Assembly (NCBI GenBank): GCA_963675495.1
Contig: OY776215.1
Span: forward strand, 544,001 to 608,000
Length of the DNA: 64,000 bases
From: an uncultured Methanolobus sp.
GTDB lineage: Archaea; Halobacteriota; Methanosarcinia; Methanosarcinales; Methanosarcinaceae
Direction: 5' to 3'
The notes beneath the pieces are model-generated. The model saw only the letters and a list, made by a program, of their open reading frames with translations, was not told the DNA's origin and ran no database searches. Below are positions 1 to 10,350 of the stretch, in pieces. The stretch's first letter is position 1. Each line of letters starts with the position of its first letter. The position numbers and the translations under genes were made by a program.

Positions 1-2175
1 CCATCCACCGGAATAGTAATGCGTGCAGAGGCCGGAATTGCATATCACTTTGCCTGTTGTGAGCACAACAATTTGATCAGAACCGACATTCTGGACCTTG
101 TCATCCGACCCGTAGTTGTAGTTGAGATTAAAAGTGTAAGATTTTGGGAGCAATTCTTTGCTTATTGAACCATCATCTGTATATCCAAAGGTTCGCCAGC
201 CTCCTGAATAATATTTCACCAATCCGGAATCGGTATCTATAAGTTCCCCGGCACTGTCAAGCAGCTTCACTGTAACATGAGTCGTCTGGAAGAAAACGTC
301 ACGATCGTTTGCAATATTCTGAGCTTTTTCAAGAGAGGCATATTCATAGCTCATACTGAAAGTGTAGCTATTTGGTAGAAGTTCTTTCTGAACAATACCA
401 CCACTAGTAGTGCCAAAATCACGCCAGCCGCCACTGTAATATTTTACAATGGAAGAATCAGTATCCATGATAGAGCCACTACTATCCAGAAGCTTCACTG
501 TAACAAGAGTTGTCTGGAAAAAAACATCACTATCGTTTGCAATATTCTGAGCCTTGTTAAAGGATGCATATTCATAGTTCATGCTGAAAGAGTAACTATT
601 GGGGAGAAGTTCCTTCTGAACAATACCATCTTGAGTAGTACCGAAATTACGCCAGCCACCGCTGTAATATGATACAGTGGAAGAATCAGTATCCATGATA
701 GAGCCACTACTATCTAGAAGTTTTACAGTAACAGGAATTGTCTGGAAGAGAACATTACTATCATTTGCAATATTCTGAGCCTTGTTAAAGGATGCATATT
801 CATAGTTCATGCTGAAAGTATAAGTTCCTGGGAAAAGTTCCTTCTGAACAATACCATCTTGAGTAGTACCGAAATTACGCCAGCCACCGCTGTAATACGA
901 TACAGTGGAAGAATCAGTATCCATGATAGAACCACTACTATCCAGAAGTTTTACAGTAACAGGAGTTGTCTGGAAGAGAACGTCACTATCATTTGCAATA
1001 TTCTGAGCCTTATTTAGAGAAGCATACTCATAGTTCATGCTGAAAGTATAAGTTCCTGGGAAAAGTTCTTTCTGAACAATACCACCACTAGTAGTCCCAA
1101 AGTTGCGCCAGCCACCACTGTAATATTTTACAATCGAAGAATTAGCATCCATGAGGGAACCATGACTATCCAGAAGTTTTACAGTAACATGAGTTGTCTG
1201 GAAGAGAACGTCACTATCATTTGTAATATTCTGAACCTTGTTAAGGGATGCATATTCATAGTTCATGCTGAAAGTATAAGTTCCTGGGAAAAGTTCTTTC
1301 TGTGCAACACCACGAGAAGTTGTGCCAAAATTGCGCCAGCCACCACTGTAATATGATACAACAGAAGAATTTGTGTCAATAATAGAACTATTACTATCAA
1401 ACAGACTTACATTTACAAGAGTGGTTTGGAAATCCACAATAGCATCGGCGGTGATATTCTGGCTTAGTTCAGAATAAGCATAATTGTAACTTATTCTGAA
1501 AGTGTATGTGCCGTTGTCCAGCGAATTGATAGCTAAACCATTGATGTCAGTTGTACCAAACTCCTTCCATGAACCCTGATAATATGTAACAACGCCTCCT
1601 GACAGCGGAATACCATCGCTATTTGTGAACCGAACTGCTGTTCCGGACATATTTAGAAGTTCTTCTAAAATAGTGTCATTAACGTAAGAACCGTTGTATT
1701 CGGAATCCTGATCTTGTTCCGTGTCTGATTCAGAACCGTGGGTTAAGGTCACTTCCTCTTCCAGAAGAATGGTTTCTTTAGAATCTATTATTTTGATGAT
1801 AATGGTATCTCCAGGGGACAGGTTTGCTATAGGAGTACCATCGTTATCTACCAGATCTATCTCTATGTCATCCCCCGGATCAAAATGATCCAATGAAGGC
1901 GTATCAAGCTCATATGTTTCCTCTTCAGCAACGACCAGGACCCTCACATCTTCACTGAATCTCAGGTTATCCCCGCCTCTGTGACTTATTTTCAGAGAAC
2001 TACCGTCACCCTGGCTTACATCAAGATTGACCATTGGGGGCATTCTCGGTTCAGAGTAGTGAACGTAGAGAACAGAACCCACAATTATCGAGGTCACGGA
2101 AAGAAGACATATTAAAATTACAACACCAAATATTGGAGATATTGCAGACTCGTTTTTTAGGATACCTACTTCCAT
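1..2175 (-). CDS. Archaeal type IV pilin-like protein fused to tandem 76-aa repeats (3' end outside window)
   Basis: Not in ORF track. Manual translation from ATG at 2175 (GGTGA RBS upstream): MEVGILKNESAISPIFGVVILICLLSVTSIIVGSVL (class III signal peptide), LKISHRGGD pilin motif, then repeats. Translated stop-free to 1321; in-frame repeats continue to the window edge. Confidence 0.85.
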   Translation of the reverse strand, partial: MEVGILKNESAISPIFGVVILICLLSVTSIIVGSVLYVHYSEPRMPPMVNLDVSQGDGSSLKISHRGGDNLRFSEDVRVLVVAEEETYELDTPSLDHFDPGDDIEIDLVDNDGTPIANLSPGDTIIIKIIDSKETILLEEEVTLTHGSESDTEQDQDSEYNGSYVNDTILEELLNMSGTAVRFTNSDGIPLSGGVVTYYQGSWKEFGTTDINGLAINSLDNGTYTFRISYNYAYSELSQNITADAIVDFQTTLVNVSLFDSNSSIIDTNSSVVSYYSGGWRNFGTTSRGVAQKELFPGTYTFSMNYEYASLNKVQNITNDSDVLFQTTHVTVKLLDSHGSLMDANSSIVKYYSGGWRNFGTTSGGIVQKELFPGTYTFSMNYEYASLNKAQNIANDSDVLFQTTPVTVKLLDSSGSIMDTDSSTVSYYSGGWRNFGTTQDGIVQKELFPGTYTFSMNYEYASFNKAQNIANDSNVLFQTIPVTVKLLDSSGSIMDTDSSTVSYYSGGWRNFGTTQDGIVQKELLPNSYSFSMNYEYASFNKAQNIANDSDVFFQTTLVTVKLLDSSGSIMDTDSSIVKYYSGGWRDFGTTSGGIVQKELLPNSYTFSMSYEYASLEKAQNIANDRDVFFQTTHVTVKLLDSAGELIDTDSGLVKYYSGGWRTFGYTDDGSISKELLPKSYTFNLNYNYGSDDKVQNVGSDQIVVLTTGKVICNSGLCTHYYSGGW
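60..1630 (-). repeat. 228-bp (76-aa) intragenic tandem repeat, at least 7 copies
   Basis: Anchor (a/g)a(t/c)attctg recurs at 85, 313, 541, 769, 997, 1225, 1453; protein consensus about FQTT.VTVKLLDSSGSIMDTDSS.V.YYSGGWRNFGTT..GIVQKELLPGTYTFSMNYEYAS.NKAQNIAND. Confidence 0.95.
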
Positions 2176-2304
2176 AAAAGTCACCAATTAGAAGATAACA
2201 TGCCATATTGTTTTAATAATATATATAATCAAACAATATTAGTAATATAGTAAAGTTTATTGTTTGCAACAAGCAGGATGCCTGAATACCAGTAGCTAAA
2301 CAAT

Positions 2305-3651
2305 TTAAATAAAATACAAAATCACGGGCAACAGTATCACTCCCATTGCATGACTCTTTTTTACCTCCAGAAATGGTGCAAGCATCCCTATGGGAATTGC
2401 TATTACAAACACCAGCAATCCGAATAACCCTGTTGACAGCAGCACCATGGTTGCAAGGAAGAAAATAATCCCGTAGCAAAGTTTCGGGTAGTCAAGTTTT
2501 TCCAGCACATGGTGGATGTTATTACCAAGATAGATAGTGGAAAAATATGCTAGTAATGATGTTAGTAGTATTGCACACAAAAAAAGCACCACCAATGAGA
2601 TTTCAAGAGAAACACCGCCTATCAGTTCGTTTATAGCAACCATGGCCCCACTTCTTGTCTTACCAACAAATGCAAGTGCCATCAAACCGAAAATTGCGTT
2701 GCTTGTATTGACACCGGAAATGGACACAATAAACTCTTTTGAAGAACTGAGGAAAGCCTCATTATTCCCATATCCGGAATTGGAACTCTTTTCTTCCTGC
2801 TTAACAAAAAGACGTGCAAACACTGTTGCTATAGATGAAGATATTCCAGGCAACCATGCAACAATGGAACCAAAGATACTGCCGGTAACCAGGCCCCTGA
2901 AGATTTTTCCTGTTTCCAGATCAGGCTTGGAATCATATTGTGTCGGGATCATTGGATCAGAGAACAGGCTTACTACAAGTTGTGATGCTCCAAAGAGTCC
3001 GCTTAGTAATGGGAGTAATATTGAACCCTGACCCCAATCAATTACCGGAACGGCAAGATAATCCATTCTGAATGCAAATATTCCTAAAAAGCCGCTCATG
3101 CCAAAGAGCAAAATGGCATAGACTCGTTTCCTCCAGACTTTTTGTCGTCCTTCGCCATGGAAATACTCACCTTTTTCGGTCATGACCATTACAAATACTA
3201 CGAAAATGAGTATGAGGGCCATATTTTCCTGGATGAGAGCATAACTTTTGACAAACAGAAGTGAAAGAGGGATCACAGTAAACATGGAAAACACTACTGA
3301 ACCTGCACTTCCCAGTGCTGAAAGACGAATAGCCTGTGCACCCTGACCTTCAAGCAATAGTGTATGACCGGGAAGCACTGCAAGTGCCGTATCCTCTCCG
3401 GGTGCTCCAAGAAAGATCGATGGAATGATATCATGAAAAGTATGTGAGATAGCATTTGATAGGATCATTACTGCAATACAGACGACCGGTAATCCATTTT
3501 CAAATAGAAACGGAGAGAACGCAAGCAGTATGAGTGCAAAATTATTGGTATGGATACCCGGCACAAGCCCGGAGATCACGCCTAAAAGGTAGCCTGCAAT
3601 CACAGATACCAGAAATGCCCACATGGGGACATCTGTCAGCACACTCATCAT
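2305..3651 (-). CDS. Archaeal tripartite tricarboxylate transporter TctA-like permease (DUF112)
   Basis: GLVPGIHTN, IPSIFLGAP, LPGH and AWLPGIS motifs; about 11-12 TM helices. Confidence 0.85.
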   Translation of the reverse strand: MMSVLTDVPMWAFLVSVIAGYLLGVISGLVPGIHTNNFALILLAFSPFLFENGLPVVCIAVMILSNAISHTFHDIIPSIFLGAPGEDTALAVLPGHTLLLEGQGAQAIRLSALGSAGSVVFSMFTVIPLSLLFVKSYALIQENMALILIFVVFVMVMTEKGEYFHGEGRQKVWRKRVYAILLFGMSGFLGIFAFRMDYLAVPVIDWGQGSILLPLLSGLFGASQLVVSLFSDPMIPTQYDSKPDLETGKIFRGLVTGSIFGSIVAWLPGISSSIATVFARLFVKQEEKSSNSGYGNNEAFLSSSKEFIVSISGVNTSNAIFGLMALAFVGKTRSGAMVAINELIGGVSLEISLVVLFLCAILLTSLLAYFSTIYLGNNIHHVLEKLDYPKLCYGIIFFLATMVLLSTGLFGLLVFVIAIPIGMLAPFLEVKKSHAMGVILLPVILYFI

Positions 3652-3881
3652 CGTTTTCCTTTACGTTTTGTTCAGGAATATTTGATTAGTACTTAATTTT
3701 TGCTGTTTGGTTTTAAAATAAATATCACTTAATAATTTCAATGTAGTGATCTATGACCCTGTAACTAAACTATAGAATATTTGAAGAAAAACGTACCGAA
3801 CATTTCCCTATTAACAGATACAGACCGGTGGTCTGGAGAAATATGACTTAAGTAATTTTGAAAAATTATCAGAAAATTGTA

Positions 3882-3959
3882 TGGTGCTCCGGCCGGGATT
3901 CGAACCCGAGTCTTCGGCTCGAAAGGCCGGAATGATTGGCCGGACTACACTACCGGAGC
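3882..3959 (-). tRNA. tRNA-Glu (anticodon UUC), CCA encoded
   Basis: Reverse complement GCTCCGGTAGTGTAGTCCGGCCAATCATTCCGGCCTTTCGAGCCGAAGACTCGGGTTCGAATCCCGGCCGGAGCACCA folds into a cloverleaf with a TTC anticodon. Confidence 0.97.
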
Positions 3960-4100
3960 ACGTTGTTTTTGCTTTAGTGAAGCGACTCCAACATAACAGA
4001 CATAGTTATTAAACCTATGCATCCATAAATTGAATTTCAATTGATTTTTGCATATCTGGTCACTAATGTTTATATAATAAGATTCCATGTCCTAAAAGTA

Positions 4101-5021
4101 ATGGATACCGAAATGATCAAATGCAGTAAATGTAACAATGATGCCATTATTTTTCAGAAATACTCAGGCATGCACCTGTGCAGGAAGCACTTCATCGCAG
4201 ACGTTGAACGTAAGATCAAGCTTACCATCAGGAAGCATTACAGCGTCAAGAAAAATGAGGTCATTGCAATTGGTTTAAGTGGCGGTAAGGATAGTAGTAC
4301 TACCCTTCATATATTGCACCAGATATTTGGTAAAAGACCGGACATCGAATTAGTAGGTATTTCCATTGATGAAGGTATTGATGGTTATCGTCCCAGTACA
4401 ATAGAATCAGCAAAAGAGCTGACTGAAAAGCTTGGCATCAGGCATATAGTTCGCTCATTTAAAGATGAATATGATACAACCATGGATGAGATTGCACCGC
4501 AGCAGAGAGAAAAAGGTGCATGCAGCTATTGTGGTGTCCTGCGTAAATCCCTGCTTAACAAGATAGCACTTGAAATTGGTGCTACAAAACTGGCAATCGG
4601 ACATAATCTTGACGATGAAGCACAGACACTTCTCCTGAATCACCTGAAAGGTGATGTTTCACGCATGGTAAGACTTGCTCCCCCAAAAGAACTGGAAGGA
4701 CTGGTGCTTAGAATGAAACCTTTGCGGCATATTCCTGAGAAGGAGGTCGCACTCTATGCTTACCTGAATGACCTACCGTTGGGTTTTGGAGGATGTCCAT
4801 ATGCCCATGAAGCAATGAGAAGGGAAATAAGGGTCATGCTTAACGAATTTGAAGTCAGGCACCCAGGTACAAAATATGCCCTTTTGAGTGGGTTTGACAA
4901 AATATCAGGCATTCTCGGACGTGAATTCCCGCAGGAAGGACTTTCAAAGTGTAGTATATGCAGACAGGCATGTACAGAAGATGTATGTCAGGCCTGCAAA
5001 CTCCTTAAAAGAAATCAGTAG
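4101..5021 (+). CDS. tRNA 2-thiolation protein, TtuA/NcsA/Ncs6 family (TIGR00269-like)
   Basis: N-terminal Zn finger (CSKC..LCRKH), PP-loop SGGKDS, CSYCGVLR, GHNLDD, CPY, C-terminal CxxC..CxxC; start ATG 4101 or 4113. Confidence 0.9.
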   Translation: MDTEMIKCSKCNNDAIIFQKYSGMHLCRKHFIADVERKIKLTIRKHYSVKKNEVIAIGLSGGKDSSTTLHILHQIFGKRPDIELVGISIDEGIDGYRPSTIESAKELTEKLGIRHIVRSFKDEYDTTMDEIAPQQREKGACSYCGVLRKSLLNKIALEIGATKLAIGHNLDDEAQTLLLNHLKGDVSRMVRLAPPKELEGLVLRMKPLRHIPEKEVALYAYLNDLPLGFGGCPYAHEAMRREIRVMLNEFEVRHPGTKYALLSGFDKISGILGREFPQEGLSKCSICRQACTEDVCQACKLLKRNQ

Positions 5022-5923
5022 TCCAACATATAATCCTCAAAGGAGTAAAGTTTCTTCTCTGTCCTGTTAAGGTAGAAACGTGTAAGCCATACGACGATCA
5101 AAGGCTGTATTACGATAGTGCTGAGGATGAATTCTGCAAACGACCATAGCTGAGCTACTACATCCACATAGGACGTTGCTTCTCCTATCAGAGTTAACGC
5201 CACAGTTATTCCAACTACCCAAAGCCACATCAGAAAAACAGAAAACATATTGTTCCTGAAGACAGAGATCCCTTGTTCAATTGCACCGATGGGGTCAAGG
5301 CCATCAATAACTAAAGCATGATCTACAAGGAAAAAAAGAAGACTCAGGCTAATTATGTATAGAACCCATGCCAACATGCCTATCGTCAGTATTGTAACAC
5401 CTGCAACCGCACTGTCAGGATTTGCCAGGAAAATGCTTACATCACCTATTGAGATGATACCCGGAACAAGGAATACCAGGCCTGCAATCGCAAGCAAGGA
5501 AACAAGTACATTTACAAGGAAAAGGTTAAGGAAATTCTCCCGGCCTGCGTTGAACATATCCCCAAGATCTGTATTTCCTTTTTCAGAAGCTGCCCTTGCC
5601 ATTCCTATGGCCCCGGCTGCGAAAAAGGACTGTACCAGCATGTAAAGCAGGAAAATTATAATTCCCACAAAAATCAGCAACCACATATTTTCCAAAAATA
5701 CGTCCGAAAACATGCTCAGCATTTCTTCCGGGGATAAATTATCCGGGTCAATATTCTGCTGTGAAACGACCGGAATGATAAATATCAATGTGAAAATAAG
5801 CAATGAAAAAACAAAGAATGCAATCGCTGTTATCATTTCAAGTATAAACGGGACACAGATATTGAGATTCTTTGTCCAGGTACCAAAACCTTTGCTAATA
5901 ACCGTTCCAATGTCCTCAGCCAT
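5015..5923 (-). CDS. Conserved multi-pass membrane protein
   Basis: 302-aa ORF with about 6 hydrophobic segments. Confidence 0.7.
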   Translation of the reverse strand: MAEDIGTVISKGFGTWTKNLNICVPFILEMITAIAFFVFSLLIFTLIFIIPVVSQQNIDPDNLSPEEMLSMFSDVFLENMWLLIFVGIIIFLLYMLVQSFFAAGAIGMARAASEKGNTDLGDMFNAGRENFLNLFLVNVLVSLLAIAGLVFLVPGIISIGDVSIFLANPDSAVAGVTILTIGMLAWVLYIISLSLLFFLVDHALVIDGLDPIGAIEQGISVFRNNMFSVFLMWLWVVGITVALTLIGEATSYVDVVAQLWSFAEFILSTIVIQPLIVVWLTRFYLNRTEKKLYSFEDYMLDY

Positions 5924-6077
5924 TAATATAACTCCAGAGGGAGTTTCTATGCCTCACTAATATTTATTTGCATCCCATAGGAAAAAAACCGACACTTTGT
6001 ATATACAAAGATGAGCAAATTAAAAATACATGATCAAATCATAAACCTTAAATACCATAGTGACTTTTCATGTGTGT

Positions 6078-6185
6078 TATTGCACGGGTGGCTCTTTTCA
6101 TACATTAAACCCACTCCCACACTTAAACCCCACTCCCCAAATACATTATAACCCACCCGTGCAAAATGGGTTCTTTGTTTTTCTA
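6078..6185 (+). ncRNA. Candidate small RNA: 12-bp closing stem around a C-rich repeated loop
   Basis: TATA box TTAAATA 6048-6054; perfect inverted repeat TTGCACGGGTGG (6080-6091) / CCACCCGTGCAA (6153-6164); T-rich tail. Confidence 0.5.
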
Positions 6186-6575
6186 CATAAAGATCATTAT
6201 GTTGTTACTGCATGGAAAGCAAGAGGATTTGGAAAATTCAATTCCTGAATTTCTTTTTTTTAACATCGTTTTATAAAGGACAGTACAAACTGTCAGATTA
6301 AAACATTATAGGCAAACCAGACATTCACCAAATTATAAAATTAGTTAATGTTATTAATATGTGAGGATTGACCAGTCTGGCATCCTGTGGAAAAAATAAG
6401 CATCTATTGACAATTTCCCCTATTTTATTTTCCAACTTATTTATCCCTTAAACTTTCTTGATCGAGAAATTTGATCTATTTTTAAGTCTATTTTTTTCTA
6501 TAATTTAACGAATAGAATATAAAAAAATACGTAACTTCTATGTGAGAACAAAAATAGCGCAGTGTGAAATAGATC

Positions 6576-6607
6576 AAAAAATAAAGGTTTCCGGCTTTTG
6601 CCGGAAA
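6576..6607 (-). terminator. Hairpin plus T-tract downstream of hppA
   Basis: TTTCCGGC-TTTT-GCCGGAAA (6588-6607), followed by TTTATTTTTT on the minus strand. Confidence 0.6.
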
Positions 6608-6622
6608 TTGAACTTGTTTGTT

Positions 6623-8641
6623 TTAGAATATTCCTGCGCCTATGAACAGTGTTGAGAACAGGATCGCAACCATGTTCACTACTTTGATCAAAGCATTGAG
6701 TGCAGGTCCGGATGTGTCCTTGAATGGATCACCAACAGTATCACCGACGATAGCTGCCTTGTGAGCATCGGAACCTTTTCCACCATATTCTCCGTCTTCA
6801 ATGAGCTTCTTTGCATTATCCCATGCACCGCCACCATTGTCCATTGTAAGTGCGAGCAAAAGCCCACAGACAATGATACCGATAAGCAGACCACCAAGAG
6901 CTGCAGGACCAAGTACAAGTCCCACGAACAGTGGAGTAGCAATAGCAAGGAAACCAGGAATAGCCATCTCACGGATAGCTGCTGCTGTGACGATGTCGAC
7001 ACACTTACCATATTCAGGCTTTCCAGTTCCTTCCATGATACCAGGTATCTCACGGAACTGGCGACGAACCTCGTTCACGATCTCAAAAGCTGCTTTACCT
7101 ACAGCGCGCATTGTAACTGCACTGAATACGAATGGGAGCAGTCCACCAATGAAAAGACCTACAAGAACAAGTGGCTGGTCAAGACTCAGGTCAGCACCAC
7201 TGAGGTCGACCTTGTGTCTGTAATCTGCAAAGAGAGCCAGAGCACCGAGAGCTGCAGAACCTATTGCATATCCCTTGGTAACTGCCTTTGTGGTGTTACC
7301 TACTGCATCAAGTGCATCGGTGATCTTACGGACATTGGAAGGCATACCAGCCATTTCAGCAATACCACCTGCATTGTCAGTGATAGGGCCGTATGAGTCA
7401 AGTGCTACGATCATTCCGGTAGTTGAGAGCATTGCAGCTGCTGCAATTGCGATTCCATATATACCAATAGAAGGATCTGCTGCTCCGCCTACAACGTAGA
7501 ATGAAGCAAGGATACCAGCAACGATGATGACCAATGGAAGTGCAGTACTTTCAAAACCAATTGCCAGACCGGAAATTACGTTTGTACCTGCACCTGTTTC
7601 AGATGAAGCAGCAATTGTCTTTACCGGACGGTAAGATGTTGAAGTGTAATACTCTGTGAAAACCACCATGAGCACCATGATAATAATACCAACGAGTGCT
7701 GCATAGAAGAATGTCAGACCACCCATGAGGGAATTTGTAACGAAATAGAAAGCAATAAGACTCAATATTGCAGAAACTGCAACACCCTTGTACAATGCTT
7801 TCATTATCTTGCCATCACTACCTACCTTGACAAAGAAGACAGATATGATGGATGCAAAGATCGCTACTGCACCAAGAATGAGTGGATAAAGAATTGCGTT
7901 TGGGAATTTATCAAGGATAAGTGATCCCAGAAGCATTGATGCAAGAACTGTTACTACATATGTTTCAAAGAGGTCAGCACCCATACCGGCACAGTCACCT
8001 ACGTTGTCACCTACGTTGTCAGCAATTACACCTGCATTACGTGGGTCATCCTCTGGAATACCAGCTTCGATCTTACCGACAAGGTCGGCACCGACATCAG
8101 CTGCTTTTGTGAAAATTCCACCGCCAACTCTTGCGAAAAGACTGATAAGACTGGCACCAAACCCAAATCCTATTACAAGATCCACATCACCGTAAAGGAT
8201 GTAGAAAGCGCTTGTACCAAGAAGTGCAAGACCTACCACGGCAAGACCTGTGACCGCACCACCGCGGAATGCAACAGACATTGCCTTCTGCAAACCTTTT
8301 GATGCAGCTTGTGCGGTTCTTACGTTTGCTCTTACGGATACGTTCATACCGATATATCCTGCTGCTGCGGAACTGATAGCACCAACAAGGAAACCGATTG
8401 CGATCTTAGCTCCGTCATCTCCAAGGAGAACGAAGATCAGCACAGCAAGAATGACAGCTACTACTGCGATTGTTTTATATTGGCGATTCAAATAAGCCAT
8501 CGCACCTTCCTGGACGGCACTTGCTATTTCCTGCATCTTTTCTGAGCCAGCATCCTCTTTGAGAACACTGCGTGCAAAAAAGCCAGCAAATAACAAGCTA
8601 ACGAGACCAGCAAGAGGGGCAAGATAAATTAAAGGTTCCAT
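6623..8641 (-). CDS. hppA: Membrane-bound H+-translocating pyrophosphatase, K+-independent type
   Basis: [33 protein letters not shown] motifs; GNTTKA carries the Lys of K+-independent enzymes. Confidence 0.95.
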   Translation of the reverse strand: MEPLIYLAPLAGLVSLLFAGFFARSVLKEDAGSEKMQEIASAVQEGAMAYLNRQYKTIAVVAVILAVLIFVLLGDDGAKIAIGFLVGAISSAAAGYIGMNVSVRANVRTAQAASKGLQKAMSVAFRGGAVTGLAVVGLALLGTSAFYILYGDVDLVIGFGFGASLISLFARVGGGIFTKAADVGADLVGKIEAGIPEDDPRNAGVIADNVGDNVGDCAGMGADLFETYVVTVLASMLLGSLILDKFPNAILYPLILGAVAIFASIISVFFVKVGSDGKIMKALYKGVAVSAILSLIAFYFVTNSLMGGLTFFYAALVGIIIMVLMVVFTEYYTSTSYRPVKTIAASSETGAGTNVISGLAIGFESTALPLVIIVAGILASFYVVGGAADPSIGIYGIAIAAAAMLSTTGMIVALDSYGPITDNAGGIAEMAGMPSNVRKITDALDAVGNTTKAVTKGYAIGSAALGALALFADYRHKVDLSGADLSLDQPLVLVGLFIGGLLPFVFSAVTMRAVGKAAFEIVNEVRRQFREIPGIMEGTGKPEYGKCVDIVTAAAIREMAIPGFLAIATPLFVGLVLGPAALGGLLIGIIVCGLLLALTMDNGGGAWDNAKKLIEDGEYGGKGSDAHKAAIVGDTVGDPFKDTSGPALNALIKVVNMVAILFSTLFIGAGIF

Positions 8642-8847
8642 ATTAAAACTCCTCTCAATATAATTTATTTCAATGTTAGATTCTAATTAACTTTACTTTT
8701 ATGAATATTCATAAAGTAGTAAATCATCGATAAAATGACTTACTACATAATTGTAACCACGTCGGGTATAATACAGATATATACTATATAAAAGTAGGCT
8801 GCAATAGGACACACATAATATGAATGTGTCGATAGAAAGGGTAATGG

Positions 8848-9303
8848 TTATATCCCGCCTCCTATCTGCATAAGCTCAAAGTCAATTGAATCAGGCACAT
8901 CTACCCTAAAGACAAAAACATTGTATCGGGACCGTCGTGCAGAGGATATAGAAGCTTTCTCATCAGGCGTCAGATATCCATCCGTACTTGCTATACATAA
9001 TGATTTTTTAGTATCCTTTACAAGGAAATCAAAATGCTGACCGTAAGCATTGAGAAACTCCACAAGTTCACTCAACTCATCCCAGTTCTCACACATATGA
9101 ATACTTTTGGTGGCAGAGTTGCTTACATACCAATCCCTGCTCATATAAGGATAAGCAGCATACTGGTCCCTGAGATCATCATATGCCTTGTGTATCTTTG
9201 AGACCTCGGTATTCAGGTCTATCCACTTCCATCCCTGTTCGGAGAAATAACGGGACGCAACTATTGATACTATCCCATCCTTATCTTTTTGTTCGAGCTT
9301 CAT
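8848..9303 (-). CDS. Hypothetical protein
   Basis: 151-aa ORF with GGTG RBS-like sequence upstream. Confidence 0.7.
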   Translation of the reverse strand: MKLEQKDKDGIVSIVASRYFSEQGWKWIDLNTEVSKIHKAYDDLRDQYAAYPYMSRDWYVSNSATKSIHMCENWDELSELVEFLNAYGQHFDFLVKDTKKSLCIASTDGYLTPDEKASISSARRSRYNVFVFRVDVPDSIDFELMQIGGGI

Positions 9304-9468
9304 TTTAACACCTGCTCCCTATAATGAAGCTAATAACATTTAATTATATATCTGCGATCATCCAAAAAAAGAAGTGCGTTAATAGTTGGCCGAAAATTAT
9401 ATGCACAATTCAACTCCTGCAAGACTACGACTACCTGTGTATTGTGCGTCCCAGTCGAACCATAAAGT

Positions 9469-9909
9469 TTACTGGTCAAAATAGGGTATTGTTTGCGTAG
9501 ATGAAACATTTACATAAACAATAGGTTCCAGCTCCATAATTTCTTCCTTTGACACATTTTCAGTGTAAAGCTCAATAGTTCCCTCAACTGTTATAGAAGA
9601 CCCCGATACCACAAGTTTATTTAGTTGCTGACGAAGAGAATCCGTTGATGAGACAATATAAGGACTTTGTGCAGGTACAGGCTCAACAGTAGTTACATAA
9701 ATATCGGGCCCACTATTGAAAAGGGTAAAATTGTATTTGTAAAGATTGCTGGAATTATTGCCATCAGAAGAACCGATCGAAGATGACCCATCGACAAGGA
9801 ACAGACCTTCTACAGGAACAATTCCGCATGACCACATGTTTGCACCGGCTCCGATTATAATGCCAGCAGCAACAATCAATAACACCAAAGAAAGACCTTT
9901 TTCCATCAC
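9469..9909 (-). CDS. Hypothetical secreted or membrane-anchored protein
   Basis: N-terminal hydrophobic helix, NxS/T sequons. Confidence 0.7.
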   Translation of the reverse strand: MMEKGLSLVLLIVAAGIIIGAGANMWSCGIVPVEGLFLVDGSSSIGSSDGNNSSNLYKYNFTLFNSGPDIYVTTVEPVPAQSPYIVSSTDSLRQQLNKLVVSGSSITVEGTIELYTENVSKEEIMELEPIVYVNVSSTQTIPYFDQ

Positions 9910-10350
9910 TCATTCCTCTTTATGAAAACAATACATCCATTTCATTTCATATTGTTGCTTAGGTGTCCTGGATTCGATCAGAAATATTCTCCTTACTATT
10001 CAAAAAGTAAGTAAAAAGTTATCCATTGCTAGCTTACTCTAAAATATATGGAATATGATGCCAACATATTTCAACTTATATAATTCATATTTTTGAACTA
10101 GCTCCTGAACATAAGAAAAAATCATGAATCACGTTTCATGAGGGCAAACTTATTTATTCCAATGCAGGTTTTTATTCCCTAGTCTCACCACCCTGAATAC
10201 AAGTTACTATTATAGTTATTATGGACAGGGAAGATATGTGAATGGATAGGAGTGCCATACGGCACAGGTACTAAACAATTCCGACAGAAAGGTCGGTTTT
10301 GATCTTATATGAATATCATAATTAAATATTGCATTTGAATAGGTGAAATT

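Noticed and set aside
3882-3959. tRNA as integration site of an island
   Set aside because: No duplicated tRNA 3' end or integrase seen in the window
6060-6248. 62-aa ORF over the candidate sRNA
   Set aside because: Low-complexity translation, no RBS, and its start lies too close to the TATA box
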